64,000 nt of DNA from Tricharina praecox (taxonomy: Eukaryota). Each line of letters starts with the position of its first letter. Position 1 is the stretch's first letter. Of the stretch, positions 59,547 through 64,000 are shown in pieces. The stretch lies in NCBI RefSeq assembly GCF_024521635.1, contig NW_026250415.1, positions 186,001-250,000 of the forward strand, in the 5' to 3' direction. A program made the position numbers and the translations under genes. The notes under the pieces were generated by a model. That model saw nothing but the letters and a program-made list of their open reading frames with translations. It was not told the DNA's origin and searched no databases.

Positions 59547-62500
59547 TGTGAGACTGGGACGGGTTTGTGTCGTCGGAGTCTATAGTAAAATCGAGGATAG
59601 AATAAAAGTCAGGGATTTCGATAATTCACAACGGAATAATCTTAGGGTGTTTGTTCGATGGTTTGTTCGGTGCGATGATTGTAGTTTTGTTCGGTTGCCC
59701 GCTCGGTTCGACTTATAGTCGTCCCGATCCTCAGCACGTGATTCCTCTAGAGTGCGGCCTAACGTAGCTCAGTTGCTTCCTTTGCATCGGAGTTCCGCGG
59801 CCTAGCCTTGAGTCGTCGTCAGCTCTCTTCGGATAGTCTTCTCGACTAGGCAGGTGGTAAACACTACGCGCCCAAGATAGATCGGAGTTTCCGAGCAATT
59901 ATCTCCCTCATGCGCCGGCAGAGTTCTTCGCTCGAAGTTGTCTGCCCCCATCGGTCGATGTTCGATTCTCTCGTCATAACAGTTTTTTCCTGGATCGGAG
60001 TTCCTACTGCGGGGCCCTATGATCGGAGATCTCAAAGTCCTCTGGACTGTTATCCCGATCTCCCGCATCTCCGATCACTGTCTAGACTCTGGAATCCGTT
60101 TGCTCCCTCCTTCCTATCTTGTCCTTGATCGCTTCTAACTATCCTTTCGGCTCGCAACTCTATTATAATCACCCGAACTATCTAATCACATCTCTTGCGA
60201 CCGTCGTGACCTCCGATACCTAGCGGGGTGTCACACCATCTCCCCTCCCACGAGGCTTCGGCCCGAAGCACCCAAGTCCTCGCCTTTATCCTAACTTGAT
60301 AACTGTGGATGAAGTCCTCCAACCCCTTCATCCTACTACCTGCCCGAGTTCGAGAAAAACCACATGGGAAAAAACTCTTACTCATCTGTGAGCCGGTAGT
60401 CCCTCGGCGCATCGGGATTTTTGCGATGAAACTCGCGTAGCTTTTCCCGACCGCCTACTGAGAAGTTGTCGAATGGCTCGTTCGTCCAGTCCCGTCGTTC
60501 GGGGTAGTTGAGCCATTTGACGAGGTAGAGCACTCGTCGACCTTTCTTCGAGCTGCCCATAACCTCATCGACGTCGTATTCTTCGTTGCCTTCCACATCA
60601 TCGGCCTCTCGTAAGATTTGAGAGGGATCCGGTGGTGCTCGGGCGCCGGCTCGGAACGGTTCAACGAGCGAGACGTGAAAGACATTATGAATCTTCCACT
60701 TCCTTGGCAGAGTGAGCTTGACAGCGAGCGGCGATACGATCTTCTCGATTTGGAAGGGACCATGGTTCTTGTGGTCCAACTTCCGCGAGGGTCGGCGGGT
60801 TTGAATGTTCCGCCCATTGAGCATTACCAAGTCTCCTACTTGATAAGCCGGTGCCTCCTGACGATGTTGATCTGCATACTTGCGCATTCGTTCGCGCGTT
60901 CGTTCGAGGGTCTTGATGTTTTCCTCGTGGACTGTATGCATCCAGTGAGCGTAGACCTTGCTGGCGGGGTTGAGAGAATTTGCCGCAGCAGGGTTTGTCG
61001 CCGACGGGTGGTATCCGAAATTCGCATAGAAGGGCGACATTCCGGTTGCCGATGTAACCGAGTTGTTGTAGGCAAACTCAGCCATCGGTAGGAGATTCAC
61101 CCAATCGTTCTGTTCGTAGTTGACGAAGGAGCGGAGGTATGCTTCGATCGTCTGGTTGTGGCGTTCGGTTTGTCCATCCGTCTGTGGGTGGAACGCTGTT
61201 GACATCCGGGGCTTAATGCCTAGTAGCCGGATGAATTCTTTCCATGTACCCGAGGTAAACCGTGAGTCTCGGTCCGACACTATGTCTGCTGGTAATCCGT
61301 GAAAGCGCCATATCTCGCGGGCAAAAATCTTCGCGAGATCCACGGCTATCTTTCCATCCTTAGGTAGGGGGATAAAATTCGCCATCTTGGTGAAGCGGTC
61401 TACGACCACCCATAGCTGGTCGCATCCGTTGGATTCCGGTAGGTCGGTAATGAAGTCCATGGCTATTGATTGCCATGGGGTGTATGGTAACTCGAGGGGA
61501 TTGAGTAGTCCATACGGCTGGTGCCTTGTTGCTTTGTCCTTCTGACACTGCGCGCAACTCCGGACGAAGTCTATAATCTGCTCGTCCATCTTTGGCCACC
61601 AGAAATTGCGTCGGATAAGTTCGATAGTCTTGTTCTGGCCCATATGCCCCGCGACTTTCGTATCGTGTTCCGACTCGAGGATGTGTCTGACGAGTTCCTT
61701 ATCGTCTGGTACCCATAGCCTTTCTTTCCTATACAGGCACCCCTCTTCCATCCTCAAAATCCTGGCCTTTCGGCCCATCCTGCCGGAGTCCCTACTCTCG
61801 GCGGCCAGTTCCCAGGCCTTTCGGCCCTCCGACTCAGTGTCCTTCTGAGCCGCGTCCTCGTTCGTGTCCTTGATGCTGCTCAGAGCCTCCTGATACCCAG
61901 CATCTTCCTTTCCTGCCTTCCTGACCCAACCCAGAAATTCTTCATTCCACTTTGGCACGGGGATTGAATGTAGCCGAGTTGACGAAACCAGAAACACGGT
62001 GCTCTCGCCTCCGGTGCTGATTGATGAAACTCTCGAATCGTCGCCTGCAAAGTGTGATTTATGCAGGATCGTCGTAATCGGCTGATCTTCACCCCCCCCT
62101 TTTTCAGGGCGGTACTCCGGGCGCCTGGATAATGCGTCAGGCTTGCCGTTCTGGCTGCCGGGCCGGTAGTAGATTTTGAAGTCGATGCCAGCGAGTTCTT
62201 GTGCCCATCTCGCCTGCCGTCGATTGAGTACTTTCGTGGTTGTGAAGTACTCAAGGTTCTGGTGGTCGCTGTACACCTGGATCTGGTGTTTTCCTCCCTC
62301 AAGGTATTGCCGCCAGCGTTTGAAAGAGTCTACTATCGCGAGTAGTTCCTTATCGTGAATCTCAAAGTTGATTTCGGCAGGGGTAAACTTTCTTGAGTGG
62401 AACGCAACTGGGTGTAACTTCCCATCCTCTGTCCTTTGAGACAGGACCGCGCCCAACGCGAAGTCCGAAGCGTCGGATTCCACCATGACAGGTAATTCTG

Positions 62501-64000
62501 GGTTGAAGTGCCCGAGAATCGGTGCCGTGGTGAACCTAGACTTCAGCTCCTCGAAGGCCAGTTCCATCTCCGCTGTCCATCTCCAATCCTTCCCTTTTTC
62601 TTTTGTGCTCTCGGTCAAGGGTCTCGTGATCTTTGAAAAATCCTTGATGAAGCGCCTGTAAAAATTGGCGAACCCAAGAAAGGCTTGTACTTCCTTCAGG
62701 GACCGCGGCGCCTCCCATGAGAGCACAGATTCCACCTTGTCCTTAGCCATCTCAATTCCATCTTGGGATATCACGTATCCTAGGAACTCGACTCTCCCTG
62801 TCGACCAGACACACTTCTCTGGTGGGATTGCCAACTTATTTTCTTCCAACCTTTTTAGTACCTCGATGACTATCTTGTCATGCTCCTCGTGCGTCTTCGC
62901 ATAGATGAGGAGGTCATCGATGTACGCGACCAGTCCCAGGTCCAACATATCCCGAAATATGTGGTTAATCATGTCCTGAAACGTCGCTGGAGCGTTGGTC
63001 AGCCCAAACGGCATGACCAAAAACTCAAACAGTCCGTATCGACAGCGGAAAGCCGTCTTCCACTCGTCACCTTCTTTGATGCGGATAAGGTGATAGCCAT
63101 TCTTCAGATCAATCTTGGTGAAGACTTTCGCACCCCTGACTCGGTCTTGCAACTCTGCCATGATCGGGAGTGGGTAGCGATTGGCTACGGTAATCTTGTT
63201 GATACCGCGATAGTCGACACACAATCGGAGACCCCTGCCGTGCGCCTTTGGTACAAATAATATCGGCGCCCCGGCTGGTGATTTGGATCTTCGAATCTTG
63301 CCTGTCTGGAGCATCTCCTTGAGCCACTCCCTGAGGGCCTCAAGTTCTTTCTCTGACAGGGCATAGATAGGACCCCATGGAGGAGTCTCTCCTTCCTTGA
63401 GATCGATTGCGTGGTCGTAGGACTTGTGGTCGGGAAGCTTATCGGCTGCTTCCTTGCTCATGATGTTGGCATATCGTCTGAATTTCTCCGGAAGCAGATT
63501 CATGGGTGGATCTGATTCCGGCCCAGCTGAGACGTATCCAATAATGCGAGCCTCCGAATTGTGAATGACAGACGTGTCAAGTTCCATCGGAAAGCTGGTT
63601 GCTTGTTGCAAGGTGCATTGTTCCTTGCATCGGGTGCTGGTGAAGCGAATTTTCTGTGCTTCATTCTTCCACAACCCTGTCGGTTCATGCTTAGCCATCC
63701 ACCAATACGGGAGGTAGGCATCGCAGTCGTCCAAGGGAGCCACTTCGAAGGTTTCGTTGGTGTAGTGGCTCCGGTGTTGAAGGAGCATCGGCATTGTATA
63801 ATATTCCCCGGCTCCTTCCACTATGGTTCCGTGGAAGTCCTTGATTTCCACCGGCTTGGGTCGTTGAATGAGGGGCAACCCAAGTTCTCGTGCAAGGCTT
63901 CGTTTGATGATCGGAATGGCACATCCTGTGTCAAGGAGTACTCGGATCCGTCGTCGCTTGTGCTCAGACCAGAGGAGCATCATTTCTATGATTGGTCGTG
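59547..64000 (-). mobile_element. Family A copy A6: 3' LTR 59547-60235 and pol; continues beyond the window
   Basis: PPT at 60236-60249; candidate TSD CCATG at 59542-59546 (partner outside the window). Confidence 0.93.
60378..64000 (-). CDS. pol: A6 Pol, uninterrupted over the visible part (PR-RT-RH-IN-chromodomain)
   Basis: 1201-aa ORF with all catalytic motifs; one odd substitution (QTERHNQ). Confidence 0.93.
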   Translation of the reverse strand, partial: RPIIEMMLLWSEHKRRRIRVLLDTGCAIPIIKRSLARELGLPLIQRPKPVEIKDFHGTIVEGAGEYYTMPMLLQHRSHYTNETFEVAPLDDCDAYLPYWWMAKHEPTGLWKNEAQKIRFTSTRCKEQCTLQQATSFPMELDTSVIHNSEARIIGYVSAGPESDPPMNLLPEKFRRYANIMSKEAADKLPDHKSYDHAIDLKEGETPPWGPIYALSEKELEALREWLKEMLQTGKIRRSKSPAGAPILFVPKAHGRGLRLCVDYRGINKITVANRYPLPIMAELQDRVRGAKVFTKIDLKNGYHLIRIKEGDEWKTAFRCRYGLFEFLVMPFGLTNAPATFQDMINHIFRDMLDLGLVAYIDDLLIYAKTHEEHDKIVIEVLKRLEENKLAIPPEKCVWSTGRVEFLGYVISQDGIEMAKDKVESVLSWEAPRSLKEVQAFLGFANFYRRFIKDFSKITRPLTESTKEKGKDWRWTAEMELAFEELKSRFTTAPILGHFNPELPVMVESDASDFALGAVLSQRTEDGKLHPVAFHSRKFTPAEINFEIHDKELLAIVDSFKRWRQYLEGGKHQIQVYSDHQNLEYFTTTKVLNRRQARWAQELAGIDFKIYYRPGSQNGKPDALSRRPEYRPEKGGGEDQPITTILHKSHFAGDDSRVSSISTGGESTVFLVSSTRLHSIPVPKWNEEFLGWVRKAGKEDAGYQEALSSIKDTNEDAAQKDTESEGRKAWELAAESRDSGRMGRKARILRMEEGCLYRKERLWVPDDKELVRHILESEHDTKVAGHMGQNKTIELIRRNFWWPKMDEQIIDFVRSCAQCQKDKATRHQPYGLLNPLELPYTPWQSIAMDFITDLPESNGCDQLWVVVDRFTKMANFIPLPKDGKIAVDLAKIFAREIWRFHGLPADIVSDRDSRFTSGTWKEFIRLLGIKPRMSTAFHPQTDGQTERHNQTIEAYLRSFVNYEQNDWVNLLPMAEFAYNNSVTSATGMSPFYANFGYHPSATNPAAANSLNPASKVYAHWMHTVHEENIKTLERTRERMRKYADQHRQEAPAYQVGDLVMLNGRNIQTRRPSRKLDHKNHGPFQIEKIVSPLAVKLTLPRKWKIHNVFHVSLVEPFRAGARAPPDPSQILREADDVEGNEEYDVDEVMGSSKKGRRVLYLVKWLNYPERRDWTNEPFDNFSVGGREKLREFHRKNPDAPRDYRLTDE

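Noticed and set aside
54088-64000. A5/A6 as an inversion-type autointegration product
   Set aside because: An autointegrant would invert only the segment from the 3' LTR back to the attack site; A6 extends past that site into the protease, so it is a separate copy.

Overview
Fungal genomic DNA (intron-containing genes with CTAAC/CTGAC branch points, probably an ascomycete). Bases 1-7.3 kb hold three host genes. The first is a HAD type II haloacid dehalogenase-like gene (minus strand, runs off the left edge). The second is a secreted, probably GPI-anchored GH128 beta-1,3-glucanase. The third is a sterol-glucosyltransferase-like GT1 enzyme with an ATG2_C/VPS13-like segment, several UIM-like repeats and PPxY motifs. 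From about 8.3 kb to the right edge (about 55.7 kb) the window is a continuous nest of chromodomain-bearing Ty3/gypsy LTR retrotransposons. Family A has a 689-690 bp LTR, nine LTR copies and six internal regions, plus an older degenerate copy. Family B has a 559 bp LTR: one intact recent copy, one truncated copy, one diverged fragment and a diverged solo LTR. Family C has a 739 bp LTR and is a relative of A. All three families have a PBS complementary to their own LTR (Tf1-type self-priming) and a -1 Gag-Pol frameshift signal; A and C share a covarying H-type pseudoknot. Three observations stand out. (1) Target-site duplications show that three large blocks lie in the reverse of the order in which they were built (real rearrangement or misassembly). 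(2) Three A copies share one nonsense codon after the protease, and all three pair a haplotype-a 5' LTR with a haplotype-b 3' LTR, which ordinary retrotransposition should not produce. (3) No RIP signature is visible by eye. I did not find a clearly new gene system; comparisons were done by eye, so SNP counts are minimum estimates.
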